From Adineta vaga (lineage: Eukaryota > Animalia > Rotifera): a stretch of 64,000 bases of DNA. The first letter of the stretch is position 1; every line of letters begins with the position of its first letter. The translations under genes were made by a program, and so were the position numbers. Shown here in pieces: positions 52,370 through 63,800 of this stretch. Under the pieces are notes generated by a model that saw only the letters and a list, made by a program, of their open reading frames with translations, was not told where the DNA came from and searched no databases. The stretch spans positions 14,942,001 to 15,006,000 of the forward strand of contig CP075496.1 of assembly GCA_021613535.1 (NCBI GenBank), read 5' to 3'.

Positions 52370-53407
52370 TTAATTTCGTCGAATTGTTTTCATGGTCATT
52401 GAAACACCCAAATGATTAATTGTATTTTGATCATGAATTACTTGTCCATTCTTCAAATAATTGAAAATATTTGTTAAAAGATGATAAAATCTAATTCGAT
52501 AGATTTTTGAAACACAAAAATTAATATAAAATGTTGAACATGAATTAATATAAATCAAAAAACCCCAAGTAAGAGAAGTAACAAAACCTTCAATAGATAA
52601 TCTTAATGAACTTTTTGATGGTTGACCTTTTTGAACTGTTGTTAAATATAAATAAAGTGTATTGGTTGGATGAAGAATATTTGAAATAAAATAAATCAAA
52701 ACAGTAAATATCAACATAATTATGATTTGTTGATCATATTTTTTAATACGAATAGGATTTGTTACAATTGTTTGATCATTTACAATTGGAATAATACGTT
52801 GATTTATTTGTCGTAAATTAGAAAAAGCTAATAAAGAAAAAATAATCATTAGAATAAGAGGTGTTGATGAACATAGAAAGGAATAAATTGTATAAATTAA
52901 ACTATATATTCCTGATGTTCCACATTTTATATAAGGTATTTGAACATCAACAAAAATTAACATATGAATTGGAATGATCAACCAGAAAATTGGAACAATA
53001 AAAAGCATTTTGAATGCCAAATTTTGATTACTAAGTCGACGTAAATGAGGTTTTATTGAACAAAATAAATATTGATCAATACAAGCTAAAGTTACATAAG
53101 TTCGAGAAATCATTAATAACAAATGTAAACCATATAATTTAAATTTACATGACCATGTTAAATATAAAGAAGGATCTATTATATATGATGATGATATACT
53201 TGGAATAATACCAAAAAGAATTATTAATAAATTAGTTAAAGATGTTCCAAGAAAATATATTGAACAACTATTTGAACGAAGTTGTTTTTGAATAAATATT
53301 AAAATATTTATAATATTACCAAATAATCCAAGAAATAAACATATTGGTAAAATATATCGAGAGAGAATTTGTTGAATTATATTGAGAACATTTTCTATTG
53401 AAGACAT
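52370..53407 (-). CDS. Orphan rhodopsin-like (class A) GPCR, intronless
   Basis: GLFGNIINILIF, LRSNSCSIYF, TM3 Cys 'CKFK', 'LACIDQY' (DRY variant), TM7 'NSCSTFYI...SKIYR'; 7 hydrophobic helices. Confidence 0.92.
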   Translation of the reverse strand: MSSIENVLNIIQQILSRYILPICLFLGLFGNIINILIFIQKQLRSNSCSIYFLGTSLTNLLIILFGIIPSISSSYIIDPSLYLTWSCKFKLYGLHLLLMISRTYVTLACIDQYLFCSIKPHLRRLSNQNLAFKMLFIVPIFWLIIPIHMLIFVDVQIPYIKCGTSGIYSLIYTIYSFLCSSTPLILMIIFSLLAFSNLRQINQRIIPIVNDQTIVTNPIRIKKYDQQIIIMLIFTVLIYFISNILHPTNTLYLYLTTVQKGQPSKSSLRLSIEGFVTSLTWGFLIYINSCSTFYINFCVSKIYRIRFYHLLTNIFNYLKNGQVIHDQNTINHLGVSMTMKTIRRN

Positions 53408-53548
53408 TTTTAAATGTTCTTATTTTCAAGTATGTCAAAACAATGAAGAACATTAATTTATATCTCACAGTAAAGTACTTTTCTAATTTACTCGAAATTG
53501 ATGTACATGTCTATGACAAATAGATTATCTGTGATAATATCATTCTAT

Positions 53549-53668
53549 CCATTTTCTTGATTCTTCTCTTTTGGTTTTATATACAACTGAGATTCTTGAT
53601 TAGAAGAAATAAAGAAAAGCGCGTAATGACATCAAAGCTAACACTTCTTTCATCAAAAATCGGCACAT
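53549..53668. repeat. Dispersed repeat; second copy at 61057-61210
   Basis: Shared GATTCTTGATTAGAAGAAATAAAG.AAAGCG..TAATG.CATCA..GCT.ACA.TTCTT.CATCAAAA.TCGGC. Confidence 0.8.
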
Positions 53669-54312
53669 TTTCTAAAGAATAATTATAAATTTGTCAGTTC
53701 CGAAGAAATAACATAATAGAGTAAAAAATTATGAATGGGTCATTTGTTTCTTTTATTAAAAAAGGACAAAAAGTGTTATTTTTGTTATTCAATCGATATG
53801 ATGAGAACTTTGTTTTATTCTTCTATTTTGATGAATGTATTTTCAAACCAATAAAGAAAAAAAAATACCTCCGTTCAAAATTTTATACTTAACATTCTTT
53901 TTGGTTCAATGAAACTTATACAAGTCAGTAAATGTAATCAAGTATTTTTAGAATAAGACAAAAAGATAATGATTATACTCATTGACATAAATTCTATTTT
54001 TTATAAAGTGTTATTTAATCTTCTAAAACAAAAGAAAACCTTTCTTTCAATTTTTCTCTAACCGATAAAGAAATATGGCAGTGAATACAATAGATATCTA
54101 TATATAGTCTTCTCATTATCATATAATAGACTCATCATTACTAATTTTTTTTTCTTAATCTTAAATAATTATTAGAAAAAAGTTTAATTAGAATGGTTGA
54201 TATATATTTTTATTTGATATTTTCATAAATATAATTAAGGAAATTTGTTTTTTTTTAATCAGAAAAAAGATATAATGAATAACAAAACAGAAAAAGTAAT
54301 TTATGTAAAAGA

Positions 54313-55848
54313 TTAAAAATAATATCTTTCCGAAATAACAATTCCGTTACTATATCCGTTGTTACCACCAATAACCAATACAGAATTATTGAATAAAACG
54401 GTTTGATGAATAAATCGTCCATTATTTAATATTTTTGTATCTAACCAAGTTTGTGTGACAGGTTCAAATAATTCACAAACACGAGGAAGTGTTTGGTTTT
54501 TCCAATCAACACCACCAACTGCTAATACTTTACCTGATGGTAAAAGTGTAAGTGAAAATCTATCTCGAGGATATTTCATTGATTCGACAGCTCTAAATGT
54601 ACGTGTTGTTACATTATAAATTTCAGCAGTAGAATATGAAATTGTACTATCATTACTTCCACCAGCAATAAGTACATTTCCATCATTTAATAAAACAGCA
54701 GCATGAAAAGCTCGATATGTTGTCATACTATTGGCTAATGCTATCCAAGAACCTGCATTATAAAGTTCAACTGAAGATATAACGTTATTACTAACATCTA
54801 TTCCTCCTGTAATAAGTACTGTGGATTTGTCACTAAGCAATGTACTTGTATGATGAACTCGTGTTGTGGTCATATCATTTATTTTAATAAATGAATTCGA
54901 TAGTGGATCATAAAGTTCTGCTACTTGATTAGGTGTGCGAGAAGCGTTCATTCCGCCTGTAAAAAGTATTTGTTCATTTCCAAGAAGTGTACTTTTACGC
55001 AAATAACTTTCACTAATCATATTATTGAATGTATTTCGCCAGATATTATTATAATACTATCGTACACTTCAGCCAATTTTAGACCATTAATAGATCTACC
55101 ACCTGCAGATAATACTTTGGTATTATTTGCAAAAGCAGTGAGAGTGTGATCATATTGAGTAGCATTCATTAAAGGACCAAATACCCAAACTGTTGATGAT
55201 GAATAGAATTCAGTTGATCGTGTTACTATAGATGAATTTAACCAACCACCAGACACAATAACAGTTCCATTAGCTAATAAAGCACTACCAAAATAATATC
55301 TTTTTGTATTTAGTGATGCATCTATCATCCAATACAATGATGAAACAGAACTACCTATAGATATAAAACATAATTTCTTATCATAATACTTATGAATTCT
55401 ATCAAATTTTTAAAATTAGATTAAATGACTTACTAGTTGTTCTCTGTGTTGAAATTGAAGTAGAATTACCAAATTTTGCTAAATATATTTAAAAAAATTT
55501 AATTAAATATTATTCTAAAGAATGGAATGAAATTACTTGTAGAATTTTGTGTTGTTTGAACTGAAGATAAAAAGAGATAAGTTTAAAAAATCTATAATAA
55601 ATCAAATATAAAATATATTCTACCTGTTCTTATCGTTGATATAGTTGTAGTTGTTCCTTGATCTAAATAAAATCATTTGAAATAATGAATTCAATAAATT
55701 CTAACTGACTATTTAAAACTATTGTTGAACTCATTGTATTGTTTATTTCATTTGTTTTTTTCGATCGAGGTATAAAAACAATTAATAATACAGTAGTTAA
55801 TACTGCACAAATACCACCAATAATAAAAAATACATACATTCGCTTCAT
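54313..55848 (-). CDS. Type II membrane-anchored Kelch-repeat beta-propeller protein with Ser/Thr stalk; one frameshift
   Basis: N-terminal TM (YVFFIIGGICAVLTTVLLIVFI). Three micro-exons at ~55662-55435 encode a T/S-rich stalk. About 7 Kelch repeats follow (R..H....L..G.VLI.GG....AE.Y.....W). Frame break at ~55050. Confidence 0.8.
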
Positions 55849-57115
55849 CTCTTTGTTGGTCTTTCTTTGAAGATATATCAAGAAAATAATGAAATCAATT
55901 GTTATTTTATTTTATATTTTTATTAAAATTTCATTTCATTAAACACAATCAGAGTTTTTTAAGTAAATAACTGTTTAATTCAAGTATGCAGCAGATACTT
56001 ATAATAATGAAAAAAAAATTCTTTTTTTTTATATATATCAACAGTGAGCTTGATAAACTCAAATTTTATCATAATTTGTAACAAAAAAAAAACTCGTGAT
56101 ATAGTATGTCCACAAAGTTTATTTTTTTGAAATTAATTACTATATTTTATAACATATTTATTAGAAAATATTTGCTTTTATTGTTGAAGAGTATAAATAT
56201 CAGTAGAGAAAATATATTCATTTAAGATGCTTATTTTCAATCGTACAATCATTGATATGTTCTATACTAATAAACTGATCGATATAATTATTTCATTACA
56301 AAATCGATAGAAAATGCAACAATGTGTTTTAATATGTATTGATAGTGTAGATTGAAATAAAGAATCAATATTCATACCCTCACCCACCCTTCTCTCATCA
56401 CATGTACATTCACCTACGTTGTATCTGTATAGTTGATTACTGATAAAAAAAACGTGTGTCTAAAATATTTGTCAATATTCAACATATTTACCTGTTTATG
56501 CTACATCACGGTTCGTTGATTAAGTTTAATACGTATTATATGGTAAAAATTAAGTAACGTCCTAAATTTTCAAGGTACAAGGTTGCTTGCATTTTATATA
56601 CATCCACCCTGATTTATTTATATTCATTCCAGTTTTAATTCATGTATTATAGATACAATAATTAAGAAAACAGAGGAGATGTAAAAGTCATGTATATAGA
56701 AAAGAAGAAAAAAAATATTGTTTAAATAAAATTAAAAAAAACAAAAAAAAATTATCGTATTATTTATGTCTTTATATGACATTGGATGCATTTTTTTCTC
56801 AATCATTCAAATCAAATCATAAAAAATTGCCTATGACAGATAAAAAACAATTTTTTTCATTATACATTTTATAACTATATGCGCAAAGAGACCATAACGT
56901 TATTACTTATTTGATAAGCGTGGTAAGATGAAAAATAATGAAAACTAATTTATTTCTGTATCACGTTGTATATATTACCTGTACATATTGTGTTTCTTTC
57001 TCTCTCTCTCTCTATCAGTCCGATTACTGATCTCATGATGAAAATAAACGTAAAAAAATAATTTTTTCATTTTCATTTCTTTTATCTCTCGAATAACAAT
57101 CATCAATAAAATTCA

Positions 57116-60100
57116 ATGGATTATGTACAAGAGAAACAAAAATCAAAGATTAATTCATATATAGAAAATCCATTTGATATTGAATATCGACAAAATGGTA
57201 AAACAAAAAATGCTTCTATACAAACTTCATTAACATCAAATGCAATTGAACATGAAAAAGATCATTTTCGACGACATGTTAGAAGTAAAAATGCTCGTGT
57301 ACAAACAATATTAACAGCAGTTGAACTTGATGATCAATCAATTAATTTTCATCGATATTCACGAAATAAAAATATTCCCATAGCTGATAAATTTGATGAT
57401 GAAAAAAGAAATGATGGTCGACAATCACCAAGTAGAGAACAGAGAGAACTTAATGAAAATTCAGAAATAACAAATTTAAATATTAATCAACAAATAACAG
57501 ATGGTAATAAAGATGAAAAAAAAGATGTATCAAATACGGGAACAACAGAAATAAATCCTATTGCTGGATATTCTGAAGAACCTCTTTTATCACTTGCTAA
57601 AGCATGTGAACCATTAACTGATCTTCTTCATAATGTTTCATTCTATGTTGAATTAGCATTAAGTGAAACACCTGCTGTTCCACCTGATAATTTAACAATT
57701 GATGAAAGTGCTGCAATTCGTCTTTATACAATTGAATGGGATAAACCACATCGTAGTCTTTATTCAATGATTAATTATCATTTGAAAAATATAGATCGAG
57801 AAAAACTTTTACCTTATTATAAATATCTCAAATTATTTATAACTGCTCTAACTAAATTACCATGTGTTCCACCATTAACTGTTTGGAGAGGTGTAACAAA
57901 AAATTTAAGTACAGAATTTCCACCTGGTACAAGTATAACATGGTGGGCATTTTCATCAACTACAACAGAAATGACTGTACTTGAAAATAATATGTATTTG
58001 GGTAATCAAGGTGATCGAACATTATTTTCAGTTGAAGCTATTAATGGTCGAACAATTAAAGCACATTCACATTTTATTACTGAAGATGAAATTTTACTTT
58101 TACCTGGTACTCATATGATTGTTCAATCACAACTTTCTCCAGCATCTCAACTTGTTATTATTCATTTAAAACAAGTTATACCAGAAGAAACTTTACTTGA
58201 ACCACCATATCCAGGTATTGATATTAATTAAACAATATTTTCTATTAACTTATGTTATATTTTAGGTGCAAATATTTATCCAAAAATACAGTAAATTTTC
58301 TTGTTTTCAATCTTTTTTATGATATTTATTTTATTTATAAGACGTCCTTTGTATCGAAAGAAAAAATTCATGATTCCAATATGTTCATTGGCTATTTTGA
58401 TCATAGTTGGTGTTGTTGTTGGTGTTGTTTTAGGCACAAAATCAAATACTAAATCAACACGTAGGATTTCTTTTCTTTCGTTTTTTTTTTACTAAATTCA
58501 ATTGAAAAACGAATGAACATAGTTATTATTTATTCTTCCTTTCTTTTTTCTTTAGTAATTAAATGCACAAGTCCTTTTCAAGTGGGTGAAACATACACTA
58601 CTGGACATTCTCCAACTTCTTTAGTAGTGGGACACTTTAGAAATACCCAACAACTTGATGTCGCAATATCGAATGGTAAAGATAATAACATTGGTCTCTT
58701 ACTTGGTGATGGACATGGATCTTTAAATATTATTCGAGGTGAAACTGGTTCTGCTCCTATATCAATGGTATCGGGTGATTTTAATCATGATAATATTACA
58801 GATATGGTAGTAGTAAATAGAGATGAAAATACTATTCGTGTGTTGATTAATGATGGAAATGGAGCATTCAAAACTACAAACGAGTATGAAGCAGGTGATA
58901 TACCAACTTTTATTGTAGCAAATGATTTTAATAATGATAAAAGATTGGATTTAGTAGTTATTAATCAATATGAAAGTTATGCTCGTATATTTTTGGGAAA
59001 TATAGATGGAACATTTTCATTGATGGACATGTTTTACGTGAATAATTATCCAACGTCAATAGCAACAGGTGATTTTAATAATGATACAAAATTAGATTTG
59101 GCAATAACTAATACATATGATAATGCTCTTTCAGTTTTGTTTGGTTTTGGAAATGGTAGTTTTGAATATCCCGTTACATATTCTGTTGGTTATTCACCAT
59201 TTATGGTCATAACAAATGATTTTAATAATGATAAAATATTGGATCTAGCTGTGACTATTGAAGTTGAAAATAGTGTTAATATTTTACTTGGCAATAAAGA
59301 TGGAACTTTTGAATCTACAATATCATCATATGCTGCTTATTATCCATCCTATTTAGCATCAGGTCACTTTAATAATGATTCAAAATTGGATTTGATTGTA
59401 GTTTCCACATATGATGGGTATATTACTATTTTATTTGGAAAAAATGATGGATCATTTGAATTGTCGGTTGAAGATGGTACTGAATCAGATGATAATGTTA
59501 CTGGATCATATGACTATGGTAGTGGATCACTTAATTCTAATTATGTTGGATACAATCCAACGGCTATCATAGTAACCGATTTTAATAATGATGGACTCTC
59601 AGATGTGATAGTAACCATTTCTTACGAAAATAATGTTAAGATCCTATTTGGTACAGGAAATAGTCAACTTACCGAAAGTTATTCGCATACTACAGGTATA
59701 TATCCATCATTTATCATATTTGATGATCTCAATAATGATAAGAAACGAGATTTAGCAGTGAGTAATCTATATGATAATACTATTACTATTTTATATGGTT
59801 TTGGTGATGGAATATTTCGTGTTCCATTAACATATAGTGTTGGTGATGCACCAAATTCTCTTATATCTGCTGATTTCAATAATGATCAGAAATTAGATCT
59901 AGCAGTAGTTAATACGAATGGTAGTACATTTAGTGTACTTATCGGTAATGGATCAGGTATATTTCTTAATGCAGTTAATTATTCACTTAATGCCACTCCA
60001 GTAGCTATGATAACAGCTGATTTTAATGCTGATAATAAATTAGATTTAGCAGTGGTTATTAGAAATAATGATCACATCAAGATATTTCTAGGCAATGGAG

Positions 60101-60714
60101 ATGGAGTTTTTCAAGAAGGAATCAATCTTATAGTTGAGAGTATACCAATATTTGTTATATCAACTGATCTAAATCGTGATAATAAAATCGATTTGGTATC
60201 TGTTAATCGAGAAAATAATAGTATCAGTATTTATCTTGGTTATGGAAATGGAAGTTTTCATCATACAATAGATTACTTGGTGGGTAAATCACCAGCTTCA
60301 GCAACATCAAATGATTTGGATAATGATAGTTTATTAGATTTAGTTGTTACTAATACAGGTCGTAATACTGTAACTATTCTTTTTGGTAATGGTGATGGAA
60401 CATTTTCTCAACAAAAAAACGAAACAGTTGGTAAATATCCCAGTAATGTGGTAACAGCTGATTTAAATGCTGATAATTATTTGGATGTGATAACGATTAA
60501 TTTTGGTGATAATACTATGAGTGTATTAATGGGTAATGGAAATAGAACATTTTCAACACAAATTAAATATCCAACTGGTATTCAACCAACTGATATGGTA
60601 ATAAGTGACATAAATAGTGATAATAAAATCGATTTACTTGTGACGAATAGTCAATCGGAAAAAGTATCTGTATTTTTGAACACATGCAACAATATTATAA
60701 CTACTTCTTCATAA
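57116..60714 (+). CDS. Receptor-like protein: cytosolic R-S-E mono-ADP-ribosyltransferase + single TM + 14 FG-GAP/VCBS repeats, about 1133 aa, 4 exons
   Basis: Exons 57116-58214, 58266-58290, 58342-58460 and 58556-60714 join in frame (3402 nt). ART motifs: AAIRLYT, VWRGV, WWAFSSTT, RTLFSVE, EDEILLLPGT. Basic RKKK precedes the TM (IPICSLAILIIVGVVVGVVLG). 14 DxNxDxxxDL-type repeats follow. Confidence 0.9.
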
Positions 60715-60896
60715 TTCTATAAAATATATTGATCAATTAAAACTTTTTTCAAAAACAAGAACAGTACTTAATTCATTCATCGATATATTTCAATCATGTA
60801 AAGAATAATGAACGTTTTTTTTATGTTTTTCTTTTCGCAATTTTGTTTTCAACGTTTCTAATCTTCTATAAATACTTAATATAATACATATTACAT

Positions 60897-60940
60897 GATA
60901 GATGTAGTATCCACACTCTCACCCATATACCCTCAAGATG
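60897..60940. repeat. Right half of a telomere-like hairpin element
   Basis: GATAGATGTAGTATCCACACTCTCACCCATATACCCTCAAGATG shares the loop sequence with the 45484 and 43299 copies and the TIR with the 38074 copy. Confidence 0.65.
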
Positions 60941-61056
60941 GTAATCCCTTCAAATAACTATAGATATACATGTTCTTTTATCATTTTTGATTTAGAAGAA
61001 TATAGACGAATGTGAGAAAATCAATGTATAACGAGATCTGTGCAAATAACGTCCAT

Positions 61057-61210
61057 CCATTTTTCTTGGTTCTATTCTCTTTCTTTTTGATTGTATATAT
61101 ATATAAACCACATATTTTTGCATGTAAAAGATGCGCGATTCTTGATTAGAAGAAATAAAGGAAAGCGTAATGTCATCAGTGCTGACATTTCTTCCATCAA
61201 AACTCGGCCA
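61057..61210. repeat. Dispersed repeat; copy of 53549-53668
   Basis: Direct sequence similarity over more than 70 bp. Confidence 0.8.
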
Positions 61211-61592
61211 TAATGTGCATACATTCTCACTTCATTCGGAGCACATGCAAAACTAACATTGATAGACGCTAACTATGACTTTTATTCTCTGTTCTAATTG
61301 TGTTTATCTCGCAATAGCCGCCTCTTGTGGGGGAAATATTTGACGTCACGTTGTTCCTGTTTTTCTCTTCATTCGATCACGTAGATCATCATATCTTTCT
61401 TACTCATATAAATACTCATATACATAAAAGATAATCTATTACATCCGGTTTTTTGCCACTTGTACAAAAAATGTATAAAATGGATTCAGAATAACGATTT
61501 CTTCTACGAATTTTAAGGTAAGTAATAGAAATATTTGAATGATACATTGACTGATTTTTTAATTTATACAGTTATTACTATTTAGACTACTA

Positions 61593-62144
61593 ATGGACAA
61601 CGATACTATTTTTCCTGCTTTGTCAAGTGGTGAAATAGTTGTGGGTAAATACGAAGGTCGTGAATGTTCTCGATCGACAAAAGCAATTGTTATTGTTACT
61701 AATTTTCGGCTCTTAATTCGTTGGAAAGGGATCAATTGCGGTTGTATTCATCGTTCCTCTTATTCTTCAATCATACTCGATTCGATTGATTGCATCGACT
61801 ATATTCGTTTTGATGAAAAACTGCCAATTGTCTCGGCGTTGATGTTACTTGTTGGATTACCGTTAATTTTATATGGATGTGTTTTGGAACCCAAAGGGGC
61901 TCTAGCAGGATGCATAATCATTACCACCTTTGCCGTGATCATACTCAGTTTTTCATGGTACTCTAAAAACAAAAAATTTATTAGATTCAAAGGTACTTTT
62001 GGCTTCGAAACAATAATATTTGAAAAGGGAATTGCTAGAGAATTTGCAGGACAATTGAGTGAAATGATACATCAACGACGAAATCGATATTTTATTGAAC
62101 AAAATGAAAATAAAGGATCACATTTACTATACCAGAACCATTAG
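61593..62144 (+). CDS. Small two-TM protein, possibly a PH-like fold interrupted by a TM hairpin (183 aa)
   Basis: 'GEIVV...IVTNFRLLIR...SSIILDSI' resembles bacterial-PH/GRAM-type strands, followed by two hydrophobic helices. Upstream intron ~61518-61571. Confidence 0.65.
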   Translation: MDNDTIFPALSSGEIVVGKYEGRECSRSTKAIVIVTNFRLLIRWKGINCGCIHRSSYSSIILDSIDCIDYIRFDEKLPIVSALMLLVGLPLILYGCVLEPKGALAGCIIITTFAVIILSFSWYSKNKKFIRFKGTFGFETIIFEKGIAREFAGQLSEMIHQRRNRYFIEQNENKGSHLLYQNH

Positions 62145-62649
62145 CACCAATGGCAACGATAGATATTACTGGAACTGACATGAAAACTGGAAATGAATAC
62201 ATCTACGAACCTTTATCAAACGTTCTATAAAATAGAGACCGGTGGACAAGGAATTTTCTGTTTCATCCCGTTCCCTCTTGCCCCGCCTATCCTATGAAGA
62301 TTTTTCAACAAGATATTTTAGATGAACAATCATTAGCTTAATATTTTTAAACTGTATCTTATTATATATTTTCACAATGAATTTGCTCTACATGATTGAA
62401 AAATATAAATTCATTTGGACCTATGTATAAAATTTGAGAAACTTCTATTGATACTACAGAAAATATTTTAACCATCATTCCTGTAGCAAATATATAAAAT
62501 ATAAGCTATTGGTAAATTTACGGGAATAAAAAGATTCAGTTTTTTTTCATACAGACAGTTTTGGAAAGCTCAATTGAACTATATAAGAAACATCACAATA
62601 AATCTTTTATTCGATTGCACTTCAAAGAATTTTTTCTATTATACAGGTG

Positions 62650-62653
<4 letters not shown>

Positions 62654-62706
<53 letters not shown>

Positions 62707-62730
62707 TATATATATATAGAGAGAGAGAGA
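62654..62730. repeat. Compound (TA)n(GA)n microsatellite
   Basis: Direct reading of the sequence. Confidence 0.97.
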
Positions 62731-62894
62731 AATAGTGATAGATACATAGTACTCGCCTTACGCTATCAAATGACGAAAAAACAATCGAAACGTCTGAGAT
62801 CGAAATTATCCTAACGAGGAAACTTCCAGCAAATTTGTAACGATATTTAGAAATAGAAAAAAGGTAAAGCAGGGTTTACGAAGGCAATATGCAT

Positions 62895-63800
62895 AATTTT
62901 GATGCGGTGTAGATGTCCTATAACATTTTCTACTATTTTTGTTCACGATCTTTCATATTAATTTAAAAAACTATTGTATAAAAAAGAGTTAAAGCATATG
63001 CAGTATTTTTGATATTATTAGACTGAAATAGTTCAACTTCATCAGATAATCTAAATATATGGCTCAAAACTAAAAACTGAATCAAGACTTTTGATCATCA
63101 CTATATTTAATAAAAACATACGGTTCTAAAAAAAGTCATTGTTTTTCTTTTTGTAGAAAAATAACGAATAAATAATTAACAGATTTGGTGCAATGGTTAA
63201 TGATAAAAGAAATATTCCTCGCGGAACAATTCAATTCAATATCACTGTTCTTCAATGTGATTGATTTGACGATCGTCAATTATGGCGAATCACTACCAAA
63301 GATAAAAAATGTTTTTATGGTCGATATTTGATTGGTGCTTATAGTTTATTATCCAACGGATATCAAAAGATTCGAAACATTTCAAGGTAAAATGTGTCAT
63401 ATAGCTGAATGGAATGATGAAATTAGTTCTCAAGGAAAGCGAGTTGCTATGGTTAGTACAGGTTCAAATGCGATACAACGTATTCTTCAATTACATAAAA
63501 ATCATGGTGTATTTCGTGTCTTTATGTTTTTCAACGAACATCACCTTGAGTTATTGCTTTAAAAAATCGAATATTAACATGATTTGAGAAGAAACTATTT
63601 ACCAATTTTACATTTCTATTCGAGCTTGTATTTAGTGGAGACTCGAATCAATGGTTTTATCATTTGTTTATCGAGCACCGATTCGTTTTGTTGCACAAAA
63701 TTTAGTTCAAAACATCTTTTTCTTATAAGTTAAAGATCGAAAATTACATGAGAAATTAATGCCGAAATCAGATTATGATTGTAAACGAAATTTAGTAACT
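62895..63800 (+). pseudogene. Heavily degraded Baeyer-Villiger/flavin-containing monooxygenase pseudogene
   Basis: BVMO fingerprint FxGxxxHxxxW (FQGKMCHIAEW), decayed second Rossmann motif (GKRVAMVSTGSNAIQ), upstream 'C.VDV' remnant and downstream 'VKDRKLHEKLMP..DYDCKR'. Many stops and frameshifts. Confidence 0.8.
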
